Below, piece after piece: positions 12,498 through 25,042 of a stretch of DNA of 64,000 nt (the stretch's first letter is position 1; each line of letters starts with the position of its first letter). Origin of the DNA: Microbotryum violaceum (taxonomy: Eukaryota); the NCBI GenBank assembly GCA_001244265.2, contig CDLV01000005.1:124001-188000 (forward strand), read 5' to 3'. A program made the position numbers and the translations under genes. Below the pieces are notes generated by a model. That model did not search any database. It saw only the letters and a program-made list of their open reading frames with translations, and was not told where the DNA came from.

Positions 12498-12581
12498 GGG
12501 GGTATAGATCAGTGGTAGATCGCTCGCTTTGCATCATTAAGTACTTGCGAGAGGTCCAGGGTTCAAGCCCCTGTGTCTCCA
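12498..12581 (+). tRNA. tRNA-Ala(TGC) with ~12-nt intron (about 12534-12545)
   Basis: GGGGGTATAGATCAGTGGTAGATCG-CTCGC-TT-TGC-A[intron]T-GCGAG-AGGTC-CAGGG-TTCAAGC-CCCTG-TGTCTCCA. G3:U70 Ala identity pair, A/B boxes, TTTTT terminator at 12586-12590, AT-rich box ~35-40 bp upstream. Confidence 0.9.
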
Positions 12582-13256
12582 TAAATTTTTGTCGTCTCAC
12601 GTGTTGGGGAAGCTCTTTCTTTCTCATTCTCGTATCAAGTAAGGAGTGCGCGGTGCTTTGCATCGACCCGGATTCGCTGCCCCGGCCTTCACATCCTTTT
12701 TGGGACTATTTTGCACCACGCGCGTTCGACTGAAGCAACCAGCCTCCTTATTTGTATAGTACGGTGCTGTCCGTCAAAGCCAGCTACGGGCGCACTCCCT
12801 GTTCAAAGTTGACCCGCCGTCATTCCCCTGGGTAAGTATTAAATGTCTCGCTGACGTCTCGGATGTTTTGCTCCTGAAAATAATCAACCTTGGGCCGGAT
12901 TCGAGCTGCAACATAATCCACGGCGCGTCCCACTCGGGAAAGTCATATCCGGATCGTGGTGAAAACGCTTCGGCGGGGCGCCTGTCTTCCCCTTCGGACA
13001 CCGGTTGCCTGTCCCCACGACGTTGGCAAGCGCCGAACTTGGTGTTGCATAACTACTCATGCCGATATTTTACCTTCTTTCACCCATCTCCTCGCTTCGC
13101 ACATACCTCGCAGTATAGCCCGTCGCCTTCTCTCTGCATCCGCCACGCTTTCGCCGATGATTTGGCCGAGCCCACCCCCACATCAACCGGCCAACACTCC
13201 CGGCCGCGCCAGCTGGCTCATTTGAATCGCCCCGACCGAAGACATCACATCGGCAC

Positions 13257-16212
13257 ATGTCGCCTGCGAAGCCTGCTCACCTCAATGTGTTGATCATCGG
13301 AGCTGGTCCGGCAGGATGTGAACCATTTGCGTGGGTATGCGGAAACCTTCGTCCCACCAATGGCCTCGCGAATGAAGCCGAGCTGTTTCGTCCTCCTTGT
13401 TCGCCATTTCAGTGATGCTCGCGACTTGGCTCTCCAAGCTCAAAAACTCGACGCGCATCGTCGACAAGCGCAATACCAAAGCCTTCACGGGTCAAGCCGA
13501 TGAATTCCAATGCCGGTGGGTGACCTGAAGGAACCCTCTTGCTTGCGTATCAGACGAATCCTAACGAAGTTGCGCCACGACATCACCCTCGCAGTACGAT
13601 CGAGTTTTCCAGTCTGTCGGGTTCGCGAAGCGAATTGTCAAAGAGGGCACACACATCAACGAAGTGGTGAGGGAGAAGGCCTGCATAGATCCTCGATTGT
13701 CGACTATGCCTCCTTGTACTGAAGGTCTTGAGTCTTCAATTAGGTGTTCTGAAATCCCGACGGCTCGAACGGGATCGTCCGAACTAAACGAACTCCTGGC
13801 AATGCACCCGGAACATCCCGCTTCCCACATGCGGTCTTGACTCAAGGTCGAATCGAGAGGTTCATGCTCGATGTCATGAAAGACTTCGGTAAGATGCGTT
13901 GTTGTATTCTGCGCCTAAGTAACTCGGTCGAGCTTGTTGCTGAGCCCAGATATGTCGCAGAAATGTTCTCAAGTGGAGACTGATGATGACCACGACTCAG
14001 TCCAATGAACAGGGACGAGAACAGAGTGGCCAGAGACTAAGAGACAGACTCGTGGAAGGCTAGAAAGTGAAGCGTAAAGCTAATAAGGAAAGAGAATAGA
14101 GACTGGTAAAGTAGGGAGATTGAGTGACTAAGGAGTGAATGACACGCCGCTAGGCTCAATCCCAAGTACCATAATAGGAACGATAATCAGATGAAGGACG
14201 GAACAACCCATATGACCATATACAAATGACAAGATAGACCTGTCAATTCTCAGACGGTTTGGAAGTCGAAAGGTCTCGTCTGCCCATGTCGATGCAAGTC
14301 GACGAATCGCTCCTCAGCGACCCCCACGCTCATGCACGCTGATAGTGCGGTACGTCCTGTTGGATCTACCTTGGGACCCATGTCAACCGTCACTCACCTT
14401 GTGAAAGGCACGAGATTGCTCTCGAGCCTCACTGGTTACGAGTCCAGACTGAAAGGATCAAAAGGTGTAATTCGCAGGCGAAGAAAGACTACTCAAAGGA
14501 CTAAGGTCAAGAGACGCGGCGGCGCCGCGCGCGAGGGCAAGCGTGAGGCCGCAGAGGTTGGCATGAGGTCGTCGTGAGGCGTAAGCGGAGCGGCGACTTA
14601 CACCTTGCTGCTTAGTCGGACAGGGAGCTACGTGAGGCGTGCTCGATGCCACCGTTATGACGTGAGTATTTCCGCAAGTGATCTTCCTCTTTTTTCTAGT
14701 GCTGAGTAACCTCCCTTCTCGCGCTGTTCTGTAGTGATTTTCCCGACATGTGAGCAATGTTCCGAAGGTTCGTCTAACTTGGACGGTCGCACTGATCCTC
14801 CAAGTCCGGCAAATCGACCGACAGTCGACTGAAATGTACTCTTCACTCCAAGGATTAAGGCTCCACACTAATCGTCTCGTGCGCTTCTACGTCCAACTCG
14901 GTTCGATCAACCCCGGAGAGCCTTACGACCGCGACTCGGTAACGCCGGCGTCGATCCTCGCCAAGGCGTAGGCGATCATGCACCCTTACAAGCTCGAGAC
15001 ACCGTTCGTCGAATGGTACACACGTTATGAGAATGGGCAGAGGATCCGTAAGGACGTCACGAGGGAAGGAAGGGTCTTTATTGCTGGAGGTGGGTTGATG
15101 CGGATTTCGAGTGATCGCTTGTTCACCGACATCTATCGAATTTAACACCGAGGGACCCCCCACACCTATCTTCCCAATTCAGATGCCTTTCACACCCACT
15201 CGCCCAAAGCCGGTCAATCTCGGCATGAACGTGTCAATGGGTGACAGCTACAATCTAGGATGGAAGCTAGCTCACGTGCTCCAACGCAAGGCGGACCCCA
15301 GCCTCCTATCGGCCTACGCCTCGGAGCGGCACCAAACCGCTCAAGAGCTGATCGATCTCGACCACAAGCTATCGCGTCCGCACCTTCAACGGACGAAGGT
15401 GAACCAGATGGGGTCTCATTGAAAGAGTTCACGGCATTTGTAATCAAGATGGGCCACTGGGCATCGGGTACGGCAGTGCATTACAAGGAATCGATCGTTG
15501 TCGCCGCCGAAGCGACTATAAACCTCGTCGCTCCTGGTCTCCCGCTTGGCAAGCGGTTCGAATCTCACCAAGTCGTCTTGATGGCCGATGCCAGACCTTG
15601 GCATCTGGGCGATCGACTCGAGTCGGATGGAAAGTGGAGGATCATCCTTTTCGCAGGGGGCGTTCGGGATTTGACGCAAAGACAAAAATTGGACGAGGTC
15701 GAGGCTTACCTCGGTTCGGTCGTTCCTATACACCTCCGAATAACGACTTGGATTCCGTGCTTGAAATTCTGACCGTTATTTCGAACCCGGCGTGACGCAT
15801 GAACCGAATGACTTTCCGTGCGTATGATTTCCGCGTTCGGAAAGCCCCTCTCCGCACTGACAGACTCGACTTTCTCCCTCCGCGACCGTCGTAGCGACAT
15901 CCTCTGGCCCCAAAAGGGCGCGTTCGGTTCCCGTGACTATCTCAAGATCTTTTCCGACGATGAGAGTTGGTTCTCCGGCCATGGTCAGATTTATGAACGC
16001 CTTGGGATCGATAAGCAAAAAGGTTGTGTGGTGGTGGTACGACCTGATCTGAGACGGTTTCGTTGGTCGTGGGTTTGGACGAGGTGAAGAGGGTCGGTGA
16101 GTGCTGAGTGTCGAAGGTGATGAAAAACTAAATCTTGATTCTGACTATAATGTTCTTATTTGGTGTACTAGGGGAGTTCTTCGCCGGCTTCATGATGCCG
16201 GTTGTAGCGTGA
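13257..16212 (+). pseudogene. Phenol 2-monooxygenase (FAD-dependent) pseudogene
   Basis: VLIIGAGPAG, QGRIERFMLD, RVFIAG, HTHSPKAG, GMNVSMGDSYNLGWKLA, Y.SERHQTAQELIDLD, DGKWRIILFAG, GCVVVVRPD. In-frame stops (TAG ~14969 in AKA*AIMHPY; TGA ~14633 in YV*GVLD) and frameshifts. Confidence 0.85.
13953..14231. mobile_element. Solo LTR (279 bp) in an intron of the monooxygenase pseudogene
   Basis: TGTC...GACA termini; 5-bp TSD AGATA at 13948-13952 and 14232-14236. Confidence 0.9.
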
Positions 16213-16682
16213 AAAGGTTGAATTTGCGCAGGACCCAGGCGCCTGCTGCAAAGCGTAATTTTAATGGTCTTGGATTAACGATTTGGATTATTTGTGGTGT
16301 TGGGAGAGCAATCGGGAACCCAGGGTATTGTTCCACTGTTCAATATTTGTCCAGTTAGTACGGCCTCCTCTGACGGAGCTCCGAGTCGTCTTTGCTCGCG
16401 TCCAGCAGGCGTCGACGCGTGACTTTGCGCTGGGACGCGCTTGGGCTTTGACTCCCAACCCGTCCGCACAGCTGCATCCCGCTTGACCGCATTCTTCCGT
16501 CAGCTCGGTCGTGTTTGGTACGATTTGTTCGGCAACGTCGCTAATCTTCAGTCAGCCGGAGTGACACACACACCTGCTCGCTTCGTCGCCGATTGCACGC
16601 GCGCCGTACGACCGACCACCGACGAGACTCGGTCGCACCACAACACCCAATCCTCCCACTCCCCTCCACCCAGCAGCCCGCC

Positions 16683-18326
16683 ATGTCACGACCACCGACC
16701 TCGGCACCGTTGATGCCCCAACCGTCGAACCGACCGGTGCTGCCACCGCGATTCACGCTCTCCTCCTCCGCAGCGGCTGTTCCGCCCTTGACGCCGCTCG
16801 CGAACCCGCACGAGTACGGCACCCGCCAAGCGCTCTACACGACCTATCCCGCCCGAATGCGACTCGGTACGAGTTCCCTGATGCAACCCTCCGCCGCGCC
16901 CAGCTCGAACCAGAACGGCAACGGCAACCATCCGAGCTCCTCATCGCGCGCCGTCTCCCCTCCTCAGGCCGGGATCGTGCTAGGCAAACGCACGAGGGCA
17001 CCCGTCAACTATGCCGAGATGACAGGCTTCGACCTCACCGCCGCCGGCAACGGTCGACCGTCACTCGTGGCTTCGAGCTCGAGCAACGATCTCCTGCGCG
17101 CCAGTTCGGACGGACCGGATCCAGCCGGCGCAAGCAACCTCCCGTCGACGACCGGCAACAACACCGCCTCGACCACCACCTCGACCACGAATGCCAAGGC
17201 CGTCATGTGGGGGGATGGCAAGTCGTATCTCGGCACACTGCCCCCGGGGAACTTGGTCATCGTACAGCCCGCCAAGATAACTCGCCATGGCGCATTGTGA
17301 GTGTCAAGATCGGGTCTATGCCACCCTGCCCCAGAGACTGACCTGATTGACCTTTTCCGCTCTCAGCACCGAGGATCAGTTGGAAGACCAGGCGGAGCAA
17401 CAGGCCGTGTTCGTGCCGATACAGATTGATCTCGAAGTTGACACGTTCAGGATCAGGGACTCGTTCGTATGGAACATCAACGGTAAGCTGATCCATCTCC
17501 TACCGGAGCACCTTCTTCAACACTCGTCCTCCTCAACTCACGCCTCTACTCTTCGGCCGCAGAAAAACTCATCACGCCCGAATCGTTCGCTCGGATATTC
17601 TGCGACGACCTTGATATCCCGCCTTCGTGCGCATCCGAAGTCGCGAGGCAGATCAAGGAGCAGTGCGGTGAGCAAATGGGCGTCGCCGAGATTCCCGTTC
17701 GCGCGGCCGAAGATGAACTCGCCGAGATCGAAAAGGATCTTCGCGTCATCTTGCATGTAAGTAGTCTACAATCCAAATTCAGGAAGGAGACGATGGCGCC
17801 TGATTTATCGCTGTATTCTCTCCCCAGCTCAACGTTATGGTCGGCACCTTACACCTCGTCGACCGTATCGAATGGGACCTCTCATCGTCCCTCACGCCCG
17901 AACTCTTCGCCTCCGTCCTAGTTCGCGACATCTCCCTCCCCTCCTCCGCCTCCCCCCTCATAGCCACAGCGATCTACGAAGAACTACACCGACTCAAGAA
18001 AGATTGTCTTCAAATGGGTTTAATGGGGGAAGAAGAAGGTGGAGTTCCTAGACGTCGTGGTCCTAGACCTTTGGAAGGCGTTTGGAGGGATTGGAACGAA
18101 ACGAAGGATTTCGGTCCGAATGTTGAGATTTTAACGTTGGATGAGATGGATAAAAAAGAGGCTGAGAGGGATAGGGCTCTGAGGTACGTACCCTTTTGCT
18201 CGTTCTTGGTAACGTGGGTTTTGGGGGGGGCATGAGTGGAGGGTACTGACCTCTATCTTTGGTTGATGCAGACGAGCCAAGAGGGACAAGATGACGGGTG
18301 CGAGGACGACGGGTCGGCGGAGATAG
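16683..18326 (+). CDS. SFH1: SNF5/SFH1-family chromatin-remodelling subunit (RSC Sfh1-like), multi-exon
   Basis: VPIQIDLEVDTFRIRDSFVWNIN, EKLITPESFARIFCDDL, LVDRIEWDLSSSLTPELFASVLVRDISL, FGPNVEILT..E..KKE.ERDR; GT-AG introns. Confidence 0.85.
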
Positions 18327-18608
18327 GGGGGGGGGGGGTAATTCACAGCATGTTGTAGTCCGTCGGGTGACAATTCAAGTATTATGTTATGGCGCACGAG
18401 ACTCTTCGGGAGGAGGCACGGCAAGACGATGAGACCCTTCACCATTTCATTTTCGACACTTCAGACTATAATAGGGAGATAAATAAGAGATAAAGAGCAA
18501 CACGGGTAGATCAGAAGGAGGTATCACAATTGGTCGAGATCAAAGAAGGAGAGCCATCAGATAAGGGGCAGAGAAGGCACAGTAAGCCACAGAAGGTCCC
18601 GGGTACGT

Positions 18609-21160
18609 CTACAATCTCGCGTCGACGGGGAGCGCGAGCTTCTCACGCAGATCCTCATCGATGAAGCGAGAGACCGAGTGCGACAAGGACAAGTTCGTGA
18701 TCATAGGGTTCACCGCCGAAGCCGTAGGGAAGATGGACGCGTCAGCGACGTAGAGCGAGTGCGTACCCCATACGCGCGCACGAGGATCGACGACCGAGTT
18801 CGTCGGCTTGGTCCCCATCTGGTTCGAGCCCATTTGGTGGGCGGACCCGACACCGCACAACGTCGGCTTGACACCGGCCTTTTTCACCTTGGCGATCCAG
18901 GCCTTCCAAGCAGGGTCGGAAAGACCCTTGTGGCCCGGCGCGGGGATGTAGTCCTCGACGAGGGACTGCGTCGTGAGGATGCGATTCGCTCCAGCAACGA
19001 GGTGCATCTCGGCCATGGCGATGATACCTCGTAACAGGCCTTGGGCGTCGTAAGGATCCAAGACGTAGTCGAACCGAGGCTTGTCCTGTTCGTCGAGGAA
19101 GATGCGGCCCGAACCTCGATCGCGGCAAATGGCGATGAGCGTCGACGACTTGCCGAACTGCACCAGGGCCTTCTTGTGCTCCGTCGATCCGGCCCAGGGT
19201 TGGAACGAAGCCGCACGACCACCGGGGAAGGATTGGATGACCTCGATCTTGACACCGTGATGTGTGCCATCCCAGTTCTCGTGCACAGTCGAGACGGCGG
19301 TCATGATCGCGCCGTCCCAAGGATTGATGTCCTCGTCGAAGAAACCGGTGACGTACGTCGTCGGGTGCAAGCGTAAGTTGCGGCCGATGCGAGGGTTCTT
19401 GAGGCCCGAACGCATCAACACGGCGGGAGAGTTGATCGATCCAGCCGAGACGACGACGGCTTGCTTGGCACGGATGACGGCAATCTGTCCCTTGGCGTCC
19501 TTGACGAGCGCACCAATGCAGTGGCGCCTCGTCGCGCTGGGGTAAAAGTCGTTCAAGTTCGAAACCGTCGGCGGCGGCGGGTTGCGGGTCGACGCGAAGA
19601 GCAGACGCTCGACGGTCGTCTCGACCATAAACTTGGCACCGTCCTGAGCCGCCGATTTGAGCCAGCAAACGGGACCGGACTGCTTCTCGCCGTAGATGCA
19701 GCCAAACCCGCAGGTACCGCACGGGTGAGCGGTGCCGCCGGTATTTTGCTGGGAATTGTGAAAGGGGCGGTTAAGTAAGCGTCCAAATTGCAACCCGGTT
19801 GAGCCAACTGTACTTACAGGAATGGTAGCACATGGGTATCCAAGCTTAAGCGAAGCGTCAACCATTAACGAATTGGGCTTGTTGTGCTTGAGGTGCTCCG
19901 CCGAGACACCCATCTTGTTGCAGACGTTCTCGACCGAGTCTGCAAAGTCGGACGAGAGGAAGTAGTCCAAGCCGTGCATCGATGCCCATTGCTCACGCAG
20001 ATAGTGTTGAGGTCGGAGCGATGCGGACCAGTTGACTGTTTCGATGCCAAACACATGCATTGGATCAGCCGCCACATCTTCCGTCTCGGGAGTTCCTTCG
20101 TGAGGGACTCACCAGTCGTTCCACCTCCGAAAGTAGATCCGGCAAGAACGTTCATCGCACCATCCTCGGTAGCAATCATACCTGCACCTTCATAAAGCTG
20201 CTCGAATCCATCCTTCGGCTTGCCCGACATGTCTTCAGGTCGGACATACAGGCCCTTCTCCACCACGAGGACCTTCCATCCCTTCTTGGCCAACTCGGAC
20301 GAGACGACGCCCCCACCCGCCCCGGAACCGACGACGAGGATATCGGTGTCGATGTACTGGTAGGGCACGCTGATATTCTCAAAGACGAAGGCATAATGAT
20401 TGCGCAGGCGGTTCTTGTCGGCGAACCGGTTGGCCTCGCCGAGCGCAGGGAAGCCGGTGGCGAGCGCGATTTGGTCAAAGTTGGTGTAGGCGACATACAG
20501 TGCGACCGCTTCATGTTGCAAAGTGAAGGTTAGATTTTTTTCTTCGCATACATGATAGACCACAGCTTGACCCGAGACTCACAGACAAATCCTCGGTACG
20601 CTTGGCGCATCAACGCGAGATTGGACGATCCCCAGTTTTTGAGAATCTGCTCGCGTTGCTCGACGGATAAATTGACGAAAAAGCCGGTGTGACCGGTCAA
20701 CACGAGTGTTCCGGCACGGGTCGAAAGTAGAGTCAAGACGAGGCCGATCGAATCGACATTGGTTTTGGAGAGCGAGATGGCAAATTGGTGAGCCAAGGCT
20801 GGAACGGCACCGGGTAACTGGTTGGCCAGCAGGGAAAGGTCCAAGCGCACGAAATGGGTTGCGCCGAATGCGTGGAGCGTCACGGAGCAGGCACATACAG
20901 CGGCAGCAAGGAAGACGAGACAGGGGGAGGAAACACAGTGTCAGTTCGGAACGCAGGAGACCACACCCAGCCATGGCACTTACAGCGCTGTACTTTGCTC
21001 GAGCGAGGAAGCGCACATGCTCCCGCTGCTCGCTCGTGAACGACTCGGGCGCGACCGACAGCAGTTCGTTCTCGTCGCATTCGTGGAAGATGGCATCGAC
21101 GATCGCAGACAGCACCTCCATCTGGTTCGCATTGTACGGCGTCGAGAGCTGGACCGACAT
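18609..21160 (-). CDS. Long-chain (fatty) alcohol oxidase, GMC oxidoreductase family
   Basis: DILVVGSGAGGGV, VLAGSTFGGGT, C..CGFGC, AGSINSPAVLMRSG, IGRNLRLHP, SAHQMGS, LYVADASIFPTASAVNPM. Confidence 0.9.
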
Positions 21161-22105
21161 ATTGTGAATGGAAGTGGCACTCGTAGGGGGGTGTTGAGTG
21201 GAGGCTAAGAAGGTGAGAGCGCCTTCGTGTGAGGTAACGAGATCAAGTGGGGTTGCGGCAAGCGGGGCGTGTGGCAACCTTCTGCGTCGGATCTGCGATC
21301 GAAGCGGGGCGAAGTGACTCCGCTCGACAATTCCGTCCGCCCCTAGCCATTTCGACAAGCTGTGGTTTTGACTTTTTCAAATTATGGGTTCAAAGTTTTC
21401 TTCTCTCACACCTTTTTTTTTTTCCGACCTCTATCAAATACACCCGCCAGCCAACCCGCATGCAGAGTTTCCGAAGGGCCTTGGCTGTCACCACCGGCGA
21501 GGAATCGGCGACCTCTGGAATCCGATCCGCGTGAGAGCGATTAGAGTCACCGGGCGTCGGAGCTTCCCACCACCGCCCAATCTTTAATTCGAGGACGTCG
21601 AAGGGTACTTGACGATCGAGAGCACTTGAGACCCCTGATAAAGGGGGGAGTGTGTTGGTCGGACGTTAGAACTACTCCGTCGTTCTAGACCAATGGGCGC
21701 TTGCACCTTTTCCCACCGAACGTGCACCGAGTTTGCAATTGGCGCCTAGCGACCGGCTTACTTCCCTTGACTCTAGTCGATCATTTTCTTCAGGAGCCTA
21801 GGTTAAGTGATCCGAATCCATTCGTCGGCCCGCGGAGAGTATGAAGACGTGTCACATGGACATCACAGTACATTGAACAAGTTCCTTCAGGGTGGTAGTC
21901 AAAGGAGAATCACACGCACCACACCCGTAAATGACGAGCATACAAAACCCTCGATCGTAATCGGGACGGAGGTGAACACATGGCAGGGGTATCGCAGAGT
22001 AGAGGGAGATCACAGCGTAAGGGACATATAAAAGTTCCGAGTAGTGTTCTTTGTTTGTAATCACTCATCATCATCGCTCAAGTCTTGGCGACTCTTGCGA
22101 AGCGA

Positions 22106-24320
22106 TCACTTGGAGCGCTTGCCACCTCGACTACCACCGCCAACGCTGACGCCGGCGGCCTTGAGCTCGGCTTCGAGTTGGGTCGCCTCGAGCTGGCACT
22201 GTTCCTTGCACGTCTCGTAACCCGACGTCTCCCACTCGCCTTCGCTCTCGCCGGACGCGGAGGGGTAGTCGAATGTGACGAGACCGTTGCCGATGATGTT
22301 GCCATGTCGGTGCTGAGGAGAGGACCAAGCGATTGGCGTCAAATGCGATCTCTTTTGGAACACCAGCTGAAGAAGACGGGTACTTACGTAAGCACCACGG
22401 CCACGGATGTAAGGGTCGAGGACAAAGTACTGCGCCCTCATCTTGAACATAAGGATGCGACGCTGCTTGGCAATGTTGGGGTCGTCGGACTTGATCCATT
22501 GGCGTGTCAATTGGGTGTACTGCTCGATCAAGTCGTCGCGTTCCGCCTGTAACCTTTTCCGCCCCTCCTTGTCCTGCTGTGCGGCGTTCTCTCCTGGCTT
22601 GATGGGAGGGTACTTCCATGTCCAGGACGAGGATCCGCCGAGCTCCTTGACCAAGTGGTTGCGAGGGATGTGAACGACCAAGTCGTCGGTCGACTTGGTG
22701 AAATCGATCTTGGCACGCACGACAGGATCGAGCATGGGACCAAGAACCTTCCAGATACCTTGGAAGACCCAAGGGGCTGTTTGAATGCAATGCAGATCGG
22801 AAAGATGAGCCTATGACCATACATTTGAGGCGAGGACTGACCGCTACTGACCGTTGTGGATGAGCATGACGTTGAGGGATTCGGGGTAGTAGGCTTCCAA
22901 GCACTTGACGATGAAGAGGATGCATCGCCAATCCATGTTACGGATACCGAAACCGGTCATGTCAAAGACCATGACGATCTTGTCAACGGGGGGTGAGAAA
23001 AGGCACCGAACAGACTCCATCTGGAAAACGACGAAATCTTCTAACGCTTTAGGCGACTGGTCGAAAGTGCGATGTTTGGCGACGTGAATGTAGACGACCG
23101 GTCGGCCGTAGCGATCGGTACCTTGTGTGTAGGTCTTTCCAGTTTCCTATTTGATTTCGGCAGAAAAGTCGGTTCAGCGAGGTGAGCAACGAAGCAAGGG
23201 CGGGTACCGGGGTAACCACTTACCATCTGCATGATGAAACCTTCCGCGTCCTTCATGCCTTCTTCACCCTTTTCGAAAATCTTTTCAACGTCACCACCTG
23301 GTAAAAGCGCAAACGGACACTTCAGCAACCTGACTTGGTGATGGGCTCGACGGTTGTGCTCAGCAGGTCCGGCTTACCCATTCGCCATTTGATGCACGCG
23401 CACAGCATGGCGACACCGGCGGACCCGGACCATTTTCGTGCTCGCAAGAAGCGGAGCATAATTCCATCGGGGTCATCCATGGCAACCTGATCGATGCGTT
23501 TACATGTCAGTACGAGCGTCGCTGGCCCTCCCTGGGCGGACGGGGCTCACCAATCGCCAGAACGAGGCGACAAATCGACGACTCCCATCTAGTGTATAAC
23601 ACAATGTCGGCTTATCAGTATCTTTGACTTATCACCGAAACGCCGCTAAGACCGTATAGGCTCTTTGAGCAAAGCGAGGCTAGTTGCCGACTACTCGCTT
23701 TGACCGGCCTGCCAGCCATGGCCCACGGTCGCCGCGCGTGTGCCACTACAGTGCCGCAAGGTTTCCCAAGATGGGTTTACTCACATTCTTGGAAAGCAGC
23801 AGCAGCATCGGCACGTTCTTGTTCGGCACGAGCAGCGGCCTTGGCGTCATCGCCCTGGATGGAAATTCGGCGCAAGTGGGGAACCCGTCAGCGCACGGGC
23901 TCGGCGTCACGGAGCGGCGACCTCGAAAGCGCGGAAGGCGCCCGCCTATCTCCAAGCCGGCACGACCCTATTGCTGGCCTCTGCGCGCTGAGGCTCTCGA
24001 GTTTGAACTGACCTTGGGTTGACTGCCCTTGTCGGTGTTGACTTCGACAGAGGTGGTCTTGCCATTACCTTCTGTGGGTGCGTTGTCGATCAAGTCGAGG
24101 AACTCGCCCCATGCGGCCTGTGCTCAATACGAACGCGAGGCCGAGGAGAGGTACGGGGAACGAGGGGTTTGCGCGATCAGCCCCCGCATACGGGTATGAC
24201 GATCGTCGACGAAGTGACGACGCCGGCCGACCGATGACTGACCTTGAGATCCTTCTCCTGCCTGTCGGTTAAACGGCCCACAACCCCGTCCGTAGGCAAA
24301 GGGTTGGCAGGGTTTCCCAT
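22106..24320 (-). CDS. CRAL-TRIO/Sec14 phosphatidylinositol transfer protein (Csr1/Sfh2-like)
   Basis: N-terminus MGNPANPLPTDGVVGRLTDRQEKDLK; MLRFLRARKW; DRYGRPVVYIH; FDMTGFG..NMDW; LEAYYPESL; LDPVVRAKIDFT; HLVKELGG; LDPYIRGR. Confidence 0.88.
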
Positions 24321-25042
24321 TATTTGGTGTTGATAAGTGGTAGGTCAAAGAACGAGTAGCGGTGAAGGATAAGGGGGAACGAGAGAGAGAGAGAGAGGTC
24401 AGAGATCCAGCTTGCTCCGCTCCTCCGATTTGTGGGGGGGGCGACCTTTTTCGAATGGCCGCCCGGCGCCCCGCTGAAGCGCACGGTCGACCGTTGGTCC
24501 GTCTTTCACGACGAGACGGGGGCCGAGGGCAAAGACGACGCGATCATGCTAGTCCTTGCCGGGGCCATGTCGTCGGCCAGAAATTACCGTGGTTCGTCCT
24601 GCACAGCTTGCAAAACACCACTAGAGCAAAGCAGTCTAGTGTTCCTAGTAGGCCACATCTTCGCGATTCGGGTCAACTTTGCTGTGCAGACGGACTTAAC
24701 ACGCATTTTCGCCGACGGACGGTCCAGCTCGATCAGAAATTGACCGACTTCGCCGTCGCAGTTTTAAACACGGCATCATTATCGGAAAGGATAGGTTCCA
24801 GCGTGCATGTCCTGTACTAGCTGAGTGCCTCGTGTTACCACAGAGAACACCCGCTGTGCAAGCCGTTCTCTTCCATTCGGTTCCGATTCTGGAGTCGAAC
24901 TCGCCTTCGGACCAGCTACGTAGTGGCCAGCGAACGTCGCTGACGAAGTCGGCGGAGGACGGCGGCAGGACTTGTCCATTGCTCGAATATCCGCTATCTA
25001 CTACCCGGCGTCCTTCTCTTCATCCGATATAAGCTTGCTCCT

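Noticed and set aside
11932-12663. 243-aa minus-strand ORF as a single gene
   Set aside because: Chance read-through across the antisense of the tRNA gene into the LINE fragment; only the C-terminal part is coding.
13960-14025. Hammerhead ribozyme (retrozyme) in the LTR, suggested by CTGATGA
   Set aside because: Stem II does not directly follow CTGATGA, and there is no conserved GAAA or UH cleavage junction.
21635-21695. Copia-like PPT followed by TGTTGG, with a small palindrome
   Set aside because: No LTR end, TSD or second copy in the window.
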